This document shows positions 32,444-44,535 of a stretch of DNA of 62,158 nucleotides, piece after piece (within the stretch, counting starts at the first letter, position 1; every line of letters begins with the position of its first letter). The position numbers and the translations under genes were made by a program. The notes below the pieces were generated by a model, which worked only from the letters and a program-made list of their open reading frames with translations, made no database searches and was not told where the DNA came from. The stretch is from Betaproteobacteria bacterium (lineage in GTDB: Bacteria; Pseudomonadota; Gammaproteobacteria; Burkholderiales; SG8-39). The stretch covers positions 1 to 62,158 of the forward strand of contig VBCH01000208.1 in NCBI GenBank assembly GCA_005884455.1. The letters run 5' to 3'.

Positions 32444-33211
32444 ATGGGAACGCGCCTGACGGTATTCAATCAGAAGGGCGGGGTCGGCAAGACGACGACC
32501 GTGCTCAACTTGGGCGCGGCGCTCGCGCGGCGGGGAGGGGTGCCGCTGCTCGTCGACCTCGACGCGCAGTCGCATCTCAGCTCGATCCTCAACCCGGGAG
32601 CCTCAAGCGGGGAAAGTCTGTTCGCGTACTTCAACGCAGGCAGGCCGCTCAAGGAAGTTGCCCGGCCGGTTCGCTTCGGCGGCGAGCTCATCCCGGCGCA
32701 TATGGAGCTGGTCAAGGTGGATTCGCTGTTCGGCAGGGGGCCGGACATTCTGAACAAGCTCAAGCGGGGACTGGATGCGGGCTGGGACGGCAGGCGCCTG
32801 GTGCTAATCGACTGCTGCCCGATGCTGGGCGTGCTGTCTCTCTCGGGGATTTTCGCCTCGGAACGGGTTCTGATCCCGGTCTCGACCGACTACCTCGCCC
32901 TGAGGGCCGCGCTCGCGCTCGAAAATACCTTGCGGGCGCTCGAGCACGTGCTGAAGCGGCGCGTCGAGCGTCGCTACCTTTTGACGCGGTTCGATTCGCG
33001 CCGGCGCATGTCGCACGACATCGCCGGACAGCTCGCCTCCCGGTTCGGGGCGGAATTGTGCCAGACGCGCATCGCCGAAACCGTGAGCATCGCGGAGAGC
33101 CCCGCACTCGGCAGGGACATTTTCAGCCATGCGCCCGATAGCCGCGGGGCGCAGGACTACGCGGGCCTGCTGGAGGAATTGCTGTCCTCGGGATTTCTCG
33201 AGGCGTCGTGA
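32444..33211 (+). CDS. ParA/MinD-family ATPase (orphan)
   Basis: Deviant Walker A NQKGGVGKTT with the signature Lys. Walker B LVLIDCCP. No parB-like partner or adaptor gene is adjacent. Confidence 0.85.
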   Translation: MGTRLTVFNQKGGVGKTTTVLNLGAALARRGGVPLLVDLDAQSHLSSILNPGASSGESLFAYFNAGRPLKEVARPVRFGGELIPAHMELVKVDSLFGRGPDILNKLKRGLDAGWDGRRLVLIDCCPMLGVLSLSGIFASERVLIPVSTDYLALRAALALENTLRALEHVLKRRVERRYLLTRFDSRRRMSHDIAGQLASRFGAELCQTRIAETVSIAESPALGRDIFSHAPDSRGAQDYAGLLEELLSSGFLEAS

Positions 33212-33221
33212 TCGCCCGGCG

Positions 33222-33476
33222 CTACTTGCTGATCAGGGAAACGATCTCTTCGAAGCTCGTTCCGTCCTGAGCGGCCGGAGCCGGCACCAAGGTCGGCTGC
33301 ATCACCGCGGGCTGCATGACGCTGCGTTCCAGGATCTCGCAGTGCGGGTACATCTGCCGGAGCTTTCTTTCGGCGTCGGCTTCGTTGCGGCCGTGAATCA
33401 TCAGGTGCTCGATGACCAGGCCCTGCCGCGTGCGGATGCGAAAGCCGAATTTCGTCGTGTTCAATGACGGCGGCAT
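33222..33476 (-). CDS. hypothetical small protein
   Basis: 84 aa (MPPSLNTTKFGFRIRTRQGLVIEHLMIHGRNEADAERKLRQMYPHCEILE...). Lies 74 nt downstream of the decarboxylase gene on the same strand. The upstream part of the listed 178-aa ORF overlaps that gene and looks spurious. Confidence 0.5.
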   Translation of the reverse strand: MPPSLNTTKFGFRIRTRQGLVIEHLMIHGRNEADAERKLRQMYPHCEILERSVMQPAVMQPTLVPAPAAQDGTSFEEIVSLISK

Positions 33477-33550
33477 AATTTTCTCGGAAACGCCTGTATA
33501 ACATACCGATTTTCCTGTTGCAAGCTGAAGCCCGGTGGCGGGCCCGGCCC

Positions 33551-35518
33551 CTAACCGATCCGGCGCAGGCCGCGCTCCTCGGCCGGCTTCAGGACCCGCA
33601 AGCAGGGCAGATACCCGTCGTAGACGATCCCGTGGAGCTCGACGCGCTTCTGGGAGCGCAGCAAGCCGACCAGATAGTGGACGATTTCCCGTGTGATCAC
33701 CTGCCCCGGAACGAGCACGGGGATGCCCGGGGGATAGGGGACGATCTGGTCGGCGCACGCCCGGTCGAGCAGGTCCCGCCTGATGTTGTCTTTCTCGTCG
33801 ACCAGGGGCACCAGCTCCCCGCCGCAGTAGAAGGCGTCGCGCGGCAGGTAGCGAAGGCGTGTGAATCCCGGGATTTCCGGGAACCTGTACAGGCGGCGCG
33901 GCGCCCGGCCCTCGCGCGCGATGCGCATCAGCGCATCGTAAAGTCGCGAGACCTTGCTGCGCGTGGTGCCGATCGTCAGCAGCAGGGTCAGCGTATTGAA
34001 CGTGGATTTCTCGACCTGGATGTTGTAGCGGTCGAAGAGCTCCCGCTGCAGATCCTCCACCGTATAGCCGCAGCTCGAGATATCGACGGTCACTTTGGTC
34101 GGATCCAGGCGGATGTTGTCCCGCCTGACCTCCTCCGGAATGAGCTGGTCGAGCTCGAGCACCCGGAACACGCCGGTCGAGTTGATCTGGGCGCGCAATT
34201 CCTGCGAAAGCGCGAGCGTGCGCGACAGGAGCTTGTAGCCTTCCATCACCGCCTGCTTCCGCGCCACGTCCAGGCTCGCGATCATGCTGTACTGCGGGCT
34301 GGTGGACGTGTGCATGTTGAAGTTCTCCCGGAACAGGTGCTCGTTGAATCCGGGATCGTTGACGTGAATCATCGAGGCCTGGGAGAAGGCCGAGAGCACC
34401 TTGTGCGTGCTCTGCGTGGCGTAATCCGCCCCCGCCTCAAGCGCCGTGGGCCGGAACGCCGGATGGAAGCGCGCGAACCCGTACCAGGCCTCGTCCACGA
34501 TGACCTTGATGCCTTTCGCGTGCGCCGCCTCGACGATGGGCGCGAGGTCGTAGCGCAGCCCGTCGTAGGTGCAAGAGGTGAGAATGATCGCCTGGGCGTC
34601 GGGGTGCCTGCGGATCGCCGAAAGGATGGTCTTCTTCGGCACCGGACCGTACAAACTGTACTTGGCGTTGATCGATGAATCGAGATAGATCGGATGGCCG
34701 CCCGAGAGCACCACCCCGTGGTGCACCGACTTGTGGCAGTTGCGGTCGAGCAGCAGCTTTTCGCCCGGCGCGAGCAGCGTCTGGAAAATCACCTTGTTCG
34801 AGGTCGAGGTGCCGTTGGTTGCGAAGAAGGTGCGGCGCGCGCCGAAGGCCTTGGCCGCGATGGTCTGCGCCTCGGCGATCACGCCGGTGGGCTCCATCAG
34901 CGAGTCGAGCATTTTCACCGACACCGAGAGATCGGCGTCGAAGACATGTTCGCCCATGAAATCGCAGAAATCGTTGACCCAGGGGCTGCCGCGCAGCGAC
35001 TCGCCCGACGAGTGGCCCGGAGTGTGCCAGGAGTCCTTCGCCATCCAGACGTAGTTCTTGAGCTGGTCGTAGAACGGCGTGCGCGACCGCTCCTGGACCT
35101 GCGCGTTGAGTATCCGGTACATGCCGCGGTAATCGCGCTCCTCGCGGTAGAAGTAGCCGTCGACTGCCTCCGCGAAGAGGGCATCGACGATCTCGTCCTC
35201 GTGCTCCTGTGCGATGAGGATGTAGACGTCGAGCTCGGGCCGAAAGCGTGTGACGCGCTGGACGAGCTCCAGCGCCGACATCTCCTTCTTGGGGCTCTTC
35301 TGGTTGAGGGTGTAGAGCTTGTCGTCGACGACCACGGCCTGGAGATCGCCGTCCTCTTCGATCGCGGCGAGCGCCTCGCGCGCCGTGGTGACTCCGGAAA
35401 ACGTGATGCCGAGCGGATTGTCGAGCGAGCGTGCGGCCGCGTTCAGCCCTTTGACGAATTCCTTCAGCACCAACGGTTCATCATTGATGATAAGGACCCG
35501 GCTGACCGGCTTCTTCAT
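33551..35518 (-). CDS. Orn/Lys/Arg decarboxylase (fold-type I PLP) with CheY-like N-terminal wing domain
   Basis: 655 aa. PLP-lysine motif QSTHKVLSAFSQASMIH. TPGHS substrate motif. The N-terminal ~130 aa are receiver-like but lack the canonical DD pair. Confidence 0.88.
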   Translation of the reverse strand: MKKPVSRVLIINDEPLVLKEFVKGLNAAARSLDNPLGITFSGVTTAREALAAIEEDGDLQAVVVDDKLYTLNQKSPKKEMSALELVQRVTRFRPELDVYILIAQEHEDEIVDALFAEAVDGYFYREERDYRGMYRILNAQVQERSRTPFYDQLKNYVWMAKDSWHTPGHSSGESLRGSPWVNDFCDFMGEHVFDADLSVSVKMLDSLMEPTGVIAEAQTIAAKAFGARRTFFATNGTSTSNKVIFQTLLAPGEKLLLDRNCHKSVHHGVVLSGGHPIYLDSSINAKYSLYGPVPKKTILSAIRRHPDAQAIILTSCTYDGLRYDLAPIVEAAHAKGIKVIVDEAWYGFARFHPAFRPTALEAGADYATQSTHKVLSAFSQASMIHVNDPGFNEHLFRENFNMHTSTSPQYSMIASLDVARKQAVMEGYKLLSRTLALSQELRAQINSTGVFRVLELDQLIPEEVRRDNIRLDPTKVTVDISSCGYTVEDLQRELFDRYNIQVEKSTFNTLTLLLTIGTTRSKVSRLYDALMRIAREGRAPRRLYRFPEIPGFTRLRYLPRDAFYCGGELVPLVDEKDNIRRDLLDRACADQIVPYPPGIPVLVPGQVITREIVHYLVGLLRSQKRVELHGIVYDGYLPCLRVLKPAEERGLRRIG

Positions 35519-35645
35519 GGGGCGGCGTGCAAAAGAGAAACCGGATTGTTGCGGGAAACCGCGGGTGAGCGCAAGGAGAGGCTATACTCTGCGCCCTCGT
35601 GAACCCGGACATGCCTCACTCTTCGACGCGTGCGCTCGAGTCGGC

Positions 35646-35969
35646 ATGAGCCCGCGCACCGACGAATTCCTGATCAAGGGCGTGACGATCGGCGGAGAGC
35701 CGTTCCGGCCGAGCGACTGGGCGGAGCGTTTGTGCGGGGTGATGTCGGCGTTCGGCTCGGACGGACGCATGCGGTACTCGCCCTACGTGCGTCCGATCAC
35801 GTCGGCAGGAATGAAGTGCGTCGTCGTGGACGTCAGGCTGAAGGAGGTCGAACCGATGGCCTACGGTTTCTTGCTGAATTTCGCGAAGGACAACGAGCTG
35901 CAGGTCAGGCCGGGTCGCGGAGAGAAGCGGCCCGACGAAGGGCCTGGGGCTATCCCGGCATCGCCTTGA
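35646..35969 (+). CDS. DUF3579-family protein
   Basis: 107 aa from ATG 35646. [30 protein letters not shown]...MRYSPYV is typical of DUF3579. The 3' end overlaps the convergent rpsT by 20 nt. Confidence 0.7.
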   Translation: MSPRTDEFLIKGVTIGGEPFRPSDWAERLCGVMSAFGSDGRMRYSPYVRPITSAGMKCVVVDVRLKEVEPMAYGFLLNFAKDNELQVRPGRGEKRPDEGPGAIPASP

Positions 35970-36216
35970 GTCGCGCGGCAAGGCGGCTCTTGTGCCGCGC
36001 TGCCTCGTTCTTGTGGACGACGTTCTTATCGGCGATGCGATCCATGGTTCCCGAGGCTTCGCTGAAAATCTTCCGCGCCGCGGCCTTGTCGCCGGCGGCG
36101 ATCGCCTTGGTGACGCTTTTGATCGCGCTGGTCAGAGCCGAGCGCAGGCTGGCGTTGTGCTTGCGCCGCTTCTCGGCCTGGCGGGCCGCCTTGCGCGCGC
36201 CCTTGGTATTCGCCAT
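35950..36216 (-). CDS. rpsT: 30S ribosomal protein S20
   Basis: 88 aa. [26 protein letters not shown]... Confidence 0.95.
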   Translation of the reverse strand: MANTKGARKAARQAEKRRKHNASLRSALTSAIKSVTKAIAAGDKAAARKIFSEASGTMDRIADKNVVHKNEAARHKSRLAARLKAMPG

Positions 36217-36302
36217 GCTGAACCCCGAACGAAAGGGCGCAATTGTAGTCGTAGTCGCAGGCCCGCGCAAGGTTTTCCGTCCGTGAAAGCTATAATTCCC
36301 GC

Positions 36303-37838
36303 ATGAATTTGCTCAAAACGCTCGCGACCGTGAGCAGCATGACGCTCGTGTCGCGAGTTCTGGGTTTGGTACGGGACGCTCTGATCGCAACCTTGTTCAA
36401 AACGGGACTGGCGACCGACGCGTTCTTCGTCGCTTTCCGGATCTCCAATCTTCTGCGGCGCCTGTTCGCCGAGGGCGCGTTTTCGCAGGCTTTCGTTCCG
36501 GTGCTCTCGGAATACCGGACCCGGCGGGGCGATGAGGAAACCAAGCTTCTCGTAGACCGCACCGCGAGTCTGTTGACCGTTGCGCTCCTTGCTGCAACGG
36601 CGCTCGGCGTTGCTGTGGCGCCGGTCATCATCTACGTGAGCGCACCGGGGTTCGCCGCAACGCCCGCGAAGTTCGACCTCACCGTGGCGATGCTGCGCAT
36701 CACCTTCCCCTACATTCTCTTCATCTCGCTCGTTTCGCTCGCCGGCGGCATCCTCAACACCTGGAGCCGCTTCGCGATACCGGCGCTGACCCCGGCGCTG
36801 CTCAATCTCGCCTTCATTTTCGGAGCCTTGTTTTTCGCGCCCTATTTCAAGCCGCCAGTGATGGTGCTCGCCTGGGCGGTATTCGTCGGCGGGGCGCTGC
36901 AGCTCGCGCTGCAAGTCCCGGCGCTGGCGAAAATCGGGATGCTGCCGCGACCGAGACTATCTTTCTCAGACCCGGGGGTTCGGCGAATTCTGCTGCTGAT
37001 GGGGCCTGCCGTGCTCGGCGTATCCGTCGGCCAGATCAGCCTCCTTATCAACACCATATTCGCCTCGTATCTCGAGGACGGCAGCGTTTCCTGGCTCTAC
37101 TATGCGGACCGGCTGATGGAATTCCCCACCGGGCTGCTTGGCGTGGCGCTCGGAACGATCCTGCTTCCAAGCTTGTCCAAGTATCACTCCGCTTCGGACG
37201 AAAGCGAGTATTCGAATCTTCTCGACTGGGGTCTGCGTCTGACGCTCATCCTCGCGGCGCCTGCGGCTGTCGCGCTGGCCTTGCTCTCGGTGCCGCTCGT
37301 CACGACCTTGTTTCACTACGGGCAATTCGGGGAGCGCGACGTCTGGATGACGCGCCAGGCGCTCATGGCCTACAGCGCGGGGCTCCTCGGGCTCATCCTC
37401 GTCAAAGTGCTGGCGCCGGGCTTTTATGCGCGGCAGAATATTGCGACGCCGGTCCGAATCGCCATCGTAACCCTGGTCGCCACCCAGCTCATGAACGTCG
37501 CGTTGATCGTTCCCCTCAAGCACGCGGGACTTGCGCTCGCGATCGGGCTCGGCGCCTGTCTCAACGCCGGCTTGCTTTACCGCAAGCTCCGTGAGTACGG
37601 TATTTATCATCCGCAAGCGGGATGGGGGATGTTCACGCTGAAGGTAGCGGCCGCTCTGGCGACAATGGCGGTCGTGTTATGGCTTGCGATGGGACCTGAG
37701 CGCTGGTGGCTCGGCGCTCCCGGAGCGACGCGGGCGGCCGCGATCGCGGGTCTCGTGCTCCTCGGAGGAGCGTCGTATTTCAGCGCTCTTTGGATTCTCG
37801 GATTCCGGCTGAGGGACTTTTCGAGACGCGCGGCGTGA
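36303..37838 (+). CDS. murJ: lipid II flippase MurJ
   Basis: 511 aa, multi-TM. N-terminus [52 protein letters not shown]. Divergent from rpsT, as in many Proteobacteria. Confidence 0.93.
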   Translation: MNLLKTLATVSSMTLVSRVLGLVRDALIATLFKTGLATDAFFVAFRISNLLRRLFAEGAFSQAFVPVLSEYRTRRGDEETKLLVDRTASLLTVALLAATALGVAVAPVIIYVSAPGFAATPAKFDLTVAMLRITFPYILFISLVSLAGGILNTWSRFAIPALTPALLNLAFIFGALFFAPYFKPPVMVLAWAVFVGGALQLALQVPALAKIGMLPRPRLSFSDPGVRRILLLMGPAVLGVSVGQISLLINTIFASYLEDGSVSWLYYADRLMEFPTGLLGVALGTILLPSLSKYHSASDESEYSNLLDWGLRLTLILAAPAAVALALLSVPLVTTLFHYGQFGERDVWMTRQALMAYSAGLLGLILVKVLAPGFYARQNIATPVRIAIVTLVATQLMNVALIVPLKHAGLALAIGLGACLNAGLLYRKLREYGIYHPQAGWGMFTLKVAAALATMAVVLWLAMGPERWWLGAPGATRAAAIAGLVLLGGASYFSALWILGFRLRDFSRRAA

Positions 37839-38668
37839 ACTCCCGGCTCGAGCATTTCGCGCAAATCGTTTCGCGGGATCAGTTCAATCTCGCCGAGGCG
37901 AGCCTCATGCTTGCCCAGGACATTTATCCGGAACTGGACATCTCCGAGTACCTATCCAAGCTCGACGGTATCGCGATCGCCATCAAGAAGCGCATCGCAG
38001 ACGACGCCTTTTCCGAGCAGAGGGTGCTCGCGCTGAACTACTACCTGTTCAACGAAATGCGCTTCTCGGGCAACCTTGTCGATTACTACGATCCGCGCAA
38101 CAGCTATCTGAACGAGGTCATGGAGCGCCGCACGGGGATTCCCATCACCCTGTCCATTCTCTATCTGGAAGTCGGGAAACGCCTCGGCCTCAACCTGAAA
38201 GGCGTTTCCTTCCCCGGGCATTTCCTCGTCAAGCTCGCGGTCAAGCGCGGTCAGCTCGTGCTCGACCCGTTCACCGGAGGAGAGGCGCAGTCGGAGTCCG
38301 ATCTGCGCCAGCGCCTCGCGCAAGTTCTGCCCTCGGGGAAGGCGGAGCAGGCGCAGCTCGACCAGTATCTGGAGCCGGCGACCCCGCGCCAGATCATCGC
38401 GAGGGTTCTGCGCAATCTGAAGAACATCTATACGCAGACCGGAAGGCTCGAACACGCGCTCGCGGTCATGCACAGGATGCTGCTCGTGATGCCGGAGTCG
38501 GCCGAGGAACTTCGGGACCGGGGGCTGGTGTACCAGCAGCTCGAGTGCTTCCGGCCGGCGCTGTCCGACCTGCAGAACTACCTGCGGCGGCGCCCGCAGG
38601 CGCCGGACGCGGCGGAAATCCACGAAAGGATCATGGAGCTCAAACAGGCCGCCACGCGCCTGAACTAA
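37835..38668 (+). CDS. SirB1/YchA-family transglutaminase-like + TPR protein
   Basis: GTG overlaps the murJ stop (GTGA). [22 protein letters not shown] and FPGHFLV motifs plus a C-terminal TPR. Confidence 0.78.
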   Translation: MNSRLEHFAQIVSRDQFNLAEASLMLAQDIYPELDISEYLSKLDGIAIAIKKRIADDAFSEQRVLALNYYLFNEMRFSGNLVDYYDPRNSYLNEVMERRTGIPITLSILYLEVGKRLGLNLKGVSFPGHFLVKLAVKRGQLVLDPFTGGEAQSESDLRQRLAQVLPSGKAEQAQLDQYLEPATPRQIIARVLRNLKNIYTQTGRLEHALAVMHRMLLVMPESAEELRDRGLVYQQLECFRPALSDLQNYLRRRPQAPDAAEIHERIMELKQAATRLN

Positions 38669-39150
38669 CCGGCCAGTCTCTCCTCGATTTTTCTCTGGAT
38701 GTCGCGCTTCAAGCCGAGCGCGAAGAAGACCTCGGCCACGAGGAAGATCGGCGCGATGAATATCTGGAACAGATTGTCCGAGAGCGCGGGCCTGCGGCCT
38801 TCGAACACGTGGCCTACGAGCTGGAAGACCCAGCCTCCGACGAAGAATGCGCCGAACCAGATCCAACCCGATGTCATGCCGGTCCCGGCCGCCAGTTTCG
38901 CGGCAAGAAAGAGCGCGCCGACCGCGACTGCCGTGACGAGGGCGAGCGGCGCGTCGAGGAGGAAGTAATACGCGAGAACCGCGCCCAGGAACAGGTGCGC
39001 GAGGCTCACGCCGTCGCCCAGCGAAACCCAGCTCATCGGGATCAGGATCGCGAAAATGATCGCGGGGACGCCGATGAAGTGGGTGAGCCTGTTCCAGCGA
39101 TTGCGATGGTAGGCGGCATAGACCGCCATCTGTTCCTCGATAGTTTTCAC
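38665..39150 (-). CDS. DUF962 (Mpo1-like) membrane protein
   Basis: 161 aa. YHRNRWNRLTHFIGVP motif and four TM segments. Confidence 0.75.
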   Translation of the reverse strand: MKTIEEQMAVYAAYHRNRWNRLTHFIGVPAIIFAILIPMSWVSLGDGVSLAHLFLGAVLAYYFLLDAPLALVTAVAVGALFLAAKLAAGTGMTSGWIWFGAFFVGGWVFQLVGHVFEGRRPALSDNLFQIFIAPIFLVAEVFFALGLKRDIQRKIEERLAG

Positions 39151-39292
39151 GCTGCCCCCGGTTCGGTGATGAGCATCTTAATCCCTGCACGGCTCGGCGC
39201 CCGGCTCCGATTCGGCGTTCGCGCCGGCGCTCGGATTCCAGTCCGTCAAAAGCCGCTATAATTCAAAACTTTGCGTTTAATCCTGGCGCTTC

Positions 39293-40228
39293 ATGCTGCT
39301 TACCCACGGCAGTTCCGATGCGGTGCTGCCTGCGGTCGCGCTGACCGTCGGCAACTTCGACGGTATCCATCGCGGACACCAGACGATGCTGCAGCGCCTC
39401 CGCGCCGGCGCGCGCGAGCGCGGCGTGGCGAGTTGCGTGCTTACGTTCGAGCCGCATCCGCGCGAGTTCTTCTCGCCGCGGGGGGCGCCTACGCGCCTGA
39501 CCTCGCTGCGCGAAAAACTCGAGTTGCTCGCGGCGCACGGAGTGGAGCGCGTGCACGTTCAGCGTTTCAGCCGCTCGTTCGCGGCGCTCGCGCCGGAAGC
39601 GTTCGTCGGGGAGGTGCTCGCGAAACAGCTCAGGGCGCGCTGGCTCCTGATCGGCGAGGACTTTCGCTTCGGTGCGAAGCGCGCAGGCGATCTCGCTTTG
39701 CTGAAGACTCTGGGCCAGCGCCACGGATACCAAGTCGAAACCATGCCGACGGTGATGCACGCCGGCTCGCGGGTATCGAGCTCCGCCGTGCGCGCCGCCC
39801 TCGCCGCGGGCGACCTCGCGGCTGCCGAGACGCTGCTCGCGCGGACCTACAGCATCAGCGGGCGCGTGATCCACGGACGAAAGCTCGGGCGCGAGCTGGG
39901 GTTCGCCACGGCCAACGTGCAACTGAAGCACAATCGCCCCCCGCTCACCGGCATCTACGCGGTGAAGGTGCACGGCATCGGGGCCGTCGCCCGTCCTGCG
40001 GTCGCGAGCCTCGGCGTCCGGCCCACCATCACGGCGAGCGGGCGCGCGGTGCTGGAGGTGCACCTGTTCGATTTCTCGGGGGATCTCTACGCCGCCCACG
40101 TGCGTGTCGAATTTCTGCATAAGATCCGCGACGAGGAGAAGTATCCCGATCTCGAGACCTTGAAGACCCAGATCGCGCGCGACTGTGAAGCCGCCAAGAG
40201 CTTCCTCATGGATCACCGCAATGCCTGA
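39293..40228 (+). CDS. ribF: bifunctional riboflavin kinase / FAD synthetase
   Basis: [11 protein letters not shown]. The C-terminal kinase domain contains [14 protein letters not shown]. Confidence 0.94.
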   Translation: MLLTHGSSDAVLPAVALTVGNFDGIHRGHQTMLQRLRAGARERGVASCVLTFEPHPREFFSPRGAPTRLTSLREKLELLAAHGVERVHVQRFSRSFAALAPEAFVGEVLAKQLRARWLLIGEDFRFGAKRAGDLALLKTLGQRHGYQVETMPTVMHAGSRVSSSAVRAALAAGDLAAAETLLARTYSISGRVIHGRKLGRELGFATANVQLKHNRPPLTGIYAVKVHGIGAVARPAVASLGVRPTITASGRAVLEVHLFDFSGDLYAAHVRVEFLHKIRDEEKYPDLETLKTQIARDCEAAKSFLMDHRNA

Positions 40229-43061
40229 AAACAAGACCGACTACAAGAAAACGCTGAATCTTCCGGATACGCCCTTTCCCATGCGCGGTGATCTCGCCAG
40301 GCGGGAGCCGGAGTGGGTCAAGGAATGGCAGGAGAAGAAAATCTACGAAAAGATCCGCGAGGCGAGCCGTGGAAGGCCGAAGTTCGTGCTGCACGACGGG
40401 CCGCCGTACGCGAACGGCGACATCCACATCGGCCAGGCGGTCAACAAGATCCTCAAGGACGTCGTCGTCAAGTCGCGCAACATGGCGGGCTTCGACGCGG
40501 TCTACGTCCCCGGGTGGGACTGCCACGGCATGCCGATCGAGGTGCAGATCGAGAAGACCTACGGCAAGAACATTGCCGTTGAAAAGACCTTGAGCCTTGC
40601 CCGCGCGTACGCGACCGAGCAGATCGAACGGCAGAAAAAGGACTTCCAGCGCCTGGGCGTACTCGGCGACTGGGACAACTTCTACACCACGATGGCGTTC
40701 AAGAGCGAGGCTGACGAGATCCGCACGCTCGGCAAGGTGCTGGAGAAAGGCTATATCTATCGCGGCCTGAAACCGGTGAACTGGTGCTTCGACTGCGGCT
40801 CGGCGCTCGCCGAGGCCGAGGTCGAATACATGGACCGCATCGATCTTGCGGTCGACGTGGGGTTTCCGCTCGCCGACGACCAACGCGGAAAACTGGCACG
40901 CGCGTTCGCGCTCGATGAACTGCCAAAAGGGCCGGTCTATGCGGTGATTTGGACAACCACACCCTGGACGATTCCCGCCAACCAGGCGTTGAATGTGCAC
41001 CCGGACTACCTGTATTCGCTTGTTGAAACCGAGAAGGGGAGTTTGATACTCGCAAATGATCTCAAGGAGGCCTGTTTATCGCGCTTCGGACTGAGGCGGA
41101 GACCTCAATCGAGTGCGTTCGATCACAGCGCTCCGGGAAAGGCTCTTGAGCTGATCAATTTCAAGCACCCTTTCTACGAAAGACTTTCCCCCGTCTACCT
41201 CGGCGAGTACGTAACGTTGGAGCAGGGCACCGGCATCGTCCACAGCGCCCCGGCCTACGGCGTCGATGACTTCGTTTCCTGCCGCCGCTACGGCATGAAG
41301 GACGAGCAGATCCTCGCTCCGGTCATGGGCGACGGAAAATATGCTTCGTCGCTCCCGTTTTTCGGCGGACTGGACATCTGGACGGCGAATTCCAGGATCG
41401 TCGAGAAGATCCGCGAAGCGGGCGCCCTGTTTCACTCGGAAAAGCACCCGCACAGCTACATGCACTGCTGGCGCCACAGGACCCCGATCATCTACCGCGC
41501 CACGACCCAGTGGTTTGCGGGCATGGACGAGGTGCCCGGATACAACGGCACGAAACCCGCGGAGACCTTGCGCGCCACCGCGCTGCGGGGCGTGGAAGCG
41601 ACCCGCTTCTATCCCTCCTGGGGACAGGCGCGCCTGCACGGCATGATCGCCAATCGCCCCGACTGGACGCTGTCGCGCCAGCGCCAGTGGGGCGTGCCGA
41701 TGCCCTTCTTCATCCACAGGGAGACCGGAGCCCTGCACCCGCGAGCCCTGCAACTGCTGGAAGCCGTTGCGAAGAAAGTGGAGCAGGGCGGCATCGAGGC
41801 CTGGCAGCGCATCGATGCAAGGGAATTGCTCGGCCCCGAGTCCGCGCAGTACGAAAAAGTGAAGGACACCCTCGACGTCTGGTTCGATTCAGGCTCGACG
41901 CACCAGACCGTTTTGAAAGGCTCGCACGCGAGGGAGCTGAAGTTTCCCGCGGATCTTTACCTCGAGGGCTCGGATCAGCATCGCGGCTGGTTCCATTCCT
42001 CGCTCCTCGTGTCCTGCATGTTGAACGGCCGGGCGCCTTACGACGCCTTGCTCACGCACGGCTTCGTCGTCGACGGCGAAGGCCGCAAGATGTCGAAGTC
42101 GCTCGGCAACGTGATCGCTCCGCGGAAAGTCTCCGAGACGCTGGGCGCGGAGATCCTGCGCCTGTGGGTGGCGGCGACCGACTACTCGGGCGAGCTTTTC
42201 ATCTCCGACGAGATCCTGAAGGGAGTGGTCGAGTCCTACCGCCGCATCCGCAATACGCTCAGGTTCCTCCTCGCCAACACGTCCGATTTTGATCCGAAGC
42301 GGAATGCAATGGCGGTGGCGGACTGGGTGGAGATCGACCGCTATGCCGTGGCGCTGACGCACGAGCTGCAGAAGAGCGTCCTCGAGGACTACGATCGCTA
42401 TGAATTTCACCCGGCTGCGGCGAAGCTGCAGAAGTTTTGCTCCGAGGACCTGAGCGCGTTCTATCTGGACGTGCTCAAGGATCGACTGTATACCTGCGGA
42501 AAGGATTCGCGGGCGCGTCGCTCGGCCCAGAATGCTCTTTACCACGTCACGCAAAGCCTGTTGCGGCTGATAGCCCCTGTTCTGAGCTTCACGGCCGAGG
42601 AGGCCTGGAAGATTTTCCAACCGGGCGAGGAAACGATATTCGCGCATACCTACTATCGTCTGCCGGAACTGCCGGGAGGGGAGAGCCTGATCGAGAAGTG
42701 GCGAGCTCTGCGCGAGACACGCTCGGAGGTGCAGAAGGTCCTTGAGCTATTGCGGGCGGCAGGTCAGATCGGCTCTTCCTTGCAGGCCGAGGTGACGATA
42801 GCAGCCGACGGGGACAAGCTGCGGCTATTGCAGAGCCTCCAGGACGAGCTGCGCTTCGTGTTCATCACCTCGCGAGCGTCGGTGACCGAGGCGGGGAGCG
42901 CGGGCGAAGCGCCAATCCACGCAGGGCCCAGCCCGCACCCGAAATGCGAGCGCTGCTGGCACTATCGTTCGGACGTTGACTCGGACTCGGCCCACCCGGG
43001 AATCTGCGGGCGCTGCGTGCAGAATCTCTACGGGTCCGGCGAGCCCCGGAGATTCGCGTGA
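40221..43061 (+). CDS. ileS: isoleucine--tRNA ligase
   Basis: 946 aa from ATG 40221 (overlaps the ribF stop). [13 protein letters not shown] (HIGH-type) and KMSKSLGN motifs. C-terminal Zn finger CERCWHY...CGRC. Confidence 0.96.
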   Translation: MPENKTDYKKTLNLPDTPFPMRGDLARREPEWVKEWQEKKIYEKIREASRGRPKFVLHDGPPYANGDIHIGQAVNKILKDVVVKSRNMAGFDAVYVPGWDCHGMPIEVQIEKTYGKNIAVEKTLSLARAYATEQIERQKKDFQRLGVLGDWDNFYTTMAFKSEADEIRTLGKVLEKGYIYRGLKPVNWCFDCGSALAEAEVEYMDRIDLAVDVGFPLADDQRGKLARAFALDELPKGPVYAVIWTTTPWTIPANQALNVHPDYLYSLVETEKGSLILANDLKEACLSRFGLRRRPQSSAFDHSAPGKALELINFKHPFYERLSPVYLGEYVTLEQGTGIVHSAPAYGVDDFVSCRRYGMKDEQILAPVMGDGKYASSLPFFGGLDIWTANSRIVEKIREAGALFHSEKHPHSYMHCWRHRTPIIYRATTQWFAGMDEVPGYNGTKPAETLRATALRGVEATRFYPSWGQARLHGMIANRPDWTLSRQRQWGVPMPFFIHRETGALHPRALQLLEAVAKKVEQGGIEAWQRIDARELLGPESAQYEKVKDTLDVWFDSGSTHQTVLKGSHARELKFPADLYLEGSDQHRGWFHSSLLVSCMLNGRAPYDALLTHGFVVDGEGRKMSKSLGNVIAPRKVSETLGAEILRLWVAATDYSGELFISDEILKGVVESYRRIRNTLRFLLANTSDFDPKRNAMAVADWVEIDRYAVALTHELQKSVLEDYDRYEFHPAAAKLQKFCSEDLSAFYLDVLKDRLYTCGKDSRARRSAQNALYHVTQSLLRLIAPVLSFTAEEAWKIFQPGEETIFAHTYYRLPELPGGESLIEKWRALRETRSEVQKVLELLRAAGQIGSSLQAEVTIAADGDKLRLLQSLQDELRFVFITSRASVTEAGSAGEAPIHAGPSPHPKCERCWHYRSDVDSDSAHPGICGRCVQNLYGSGEPRRFA

Positions 43062-43552
43062 TCCCGGCGAGCCTGAAACGCATCGCCCCGTGGCTCGCAC
43101 TCGCCCTGCTCATCGCGCTTGCGGACCAGGCGAGCAAGTACGCCATCAGCTCGAACCTGCGCTTCGGCGAGGTGCGCGAGATCGCGCCGTTCTTCAACCT
43201 GGTGCTCGCACACAACCGCGGCGCCGCCTTCAGCTTCCTCGCCGACGCGGGCGGCTGGCAACGGGCGCTGTTCATCGGGATAGCCGTCGCCGCGACCGGC
43301 GCCATCGTGTTTCTCCTCGCCAGGCATTCGAGCGAGCGCCTTTTCTCGACGGGACTTGCCTTGGTGCTCGGAGGAGCGCTCGGCAATCTCTGGGATCGGA
43401 TCGCCCTCGGCCACGTGGTGGATTTTCTCGACTTTCACGCCTTCGGCTGGCATTTCTGGGCTTTCAATCTCGCCGACTCGGCGATCACCGTAGGCGCGGG
43501 ACTGCTGATCCTCGACGGGCTGCGTTCGGCCGGCGCGGCGCAAAAGCCCTAA
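43058..43552 (+). CDS. lspA: lipoprotein signal peptidase II
   Basis: GTG overlaps the ileS stop. [15 protein letters not shown] and FNLADSAI motifs. Confidence 0.93.
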   Translation: MIPASLKRIAPWLALALLIALADQASKYAISSNLRFGEVREIAPFFNLVLAHNRGAAFSFLADAGGWQRALFIGIAVAATGAIVFLLARHSSERLFSTGLALVLGGALGNLWDRIALGHVVDFLDFHAFGWHFWAFNLADSAITVGAGLLILDGLRSAGAAQKP

Positions 43553-43563
43553 AATAGGCCGGC

Positions 43564-44502
43564 ATGGAAGTACTGCTCGCAAATCCACGCGGTTTTTGCG
43601 CCGGTGTCGAGCGCGCGATCAGCATAGTCGAGCGTGCGCTAACGATCCACGGCGCGCCGATCTACGTCCGCCACGAGGTCGTGCACAACAAGTACGTCGT
43701 CGAGGACCTGAAGAGCAAAGGCGCCGTGTTCGTCGAGGCGTTGGCCGAGGTTCCTCCGGGCAGCACGGTGATCTTCAGCGCCCACGGCGTCTCGAAGGCG
43801 GTGCGCGGCGAGGCCAAGGCGCGGGGACTGCGCGTATTCGACGCGACCTGTCCGCTCGTCACCAAGGTGCACGTCGAAGTCGCGAAGATGCGCGCGGCGT
43901 GCCGCGAAATAGTCATGATCGGCCACCGCGGCCATCCGGAGGTCGAGGGGACAATGGGCCAGGCGGCCGAAGGCATGTACTTCGTGGAAACCACCGCCGA
44001 CGTTGCGCTTCTGGACGTGCGCGATCCCGGAAAGCTCTCCTACGTGACTCAGACGACCCTCTCGGTCGATGACGCCGCGGCGGTCGTGGAGGCGCTGAAA
44101 GCGCGCTTTCCCGCGATCACGGGTCCGAAGAGGGACGACATCTGCTACGCGACGCAGAACCGGCAGGATGCGGTCAAGGTCATGGCGCCGCAATGCGACG
44201 TCGTGATCGTGGTCGGCTCGCCCAACAGCTCGAACTCCAACCGGCTGCGCGAGGTCGCCAAAAGCCGCGGCATCGAGGCCTACATGGTGGACAGCGCGGC
44301 CCAGCTGAAGGCCGAGTGGGTCGCGGGAAGGCGCCGGGTCGGCGTGACGGCCGGAGCCTCCGCTCCGGAAGTGCTGGTGAACGAGCTGATCGCGCGGCTC
44401 AAGGCGCTCGGCGCGGGCAGCGTGCGCCAGCTCGACGGCGTGAACGAGGGCGTGGTGTTCACACTGCCGCGCGAACTCGCTTTGCGCGCCGCGCCGCGCT
44501 GA
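43564..44502 (+). CDS. ispH: 4-hydroxy-3-methylbut-2-enyl diphosphate reductase
   Basis: [26 protein letters not shown] and SSNSNRL motifs. Confidence 0.95.
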   Translation: MEVLLANPRGFCAGVERAISIVERALTIHGAPIYVRHEVVHNKYVVEDLKSKGAVFVEALAEVPPGSTVIFSAHGVSKAVRGEAKARGLRVFDATCPLVTKVHVEVAKMRAACREIVMIGHRGHPEVEGTMGQAAEGMYFVETTADVALLDVRDPGKLSYVTQTTLSVDDAAAVVEALKARFPAITGPKRDDICYATQNRQDAVKVMAPQCDVVIVVGSPNSSNSNRLREVAKSRGIEAYMVDSAAQLKAEWVAGRRRVGVTAGASAPEVLVNELIARLKALGAGSVRQLDGVNEGVVFTLPRELALRAAPR

Positions 44503-44535
44503 GCGCTTTTTCGGCGCCCGGCGCGGGATTTCTGC

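Noticed and set aside
33518-35602. Two long plus-strand ORFs (386 and 302 aa) opposite the decarboxylase gene
   Set aside because: They are antisense artefacts of GC-rich coding sequence, and no motifs were recognised.
42957-42971. Additional sigma-54-like hits (TGGCAC at about 3831, 14455, 22708, 40893, 42957, 62076)
   Set aside because: All lie inside coding regions and lack TTGC at the N5 spacing (for example TGGCAC-TATCG-TTCG).
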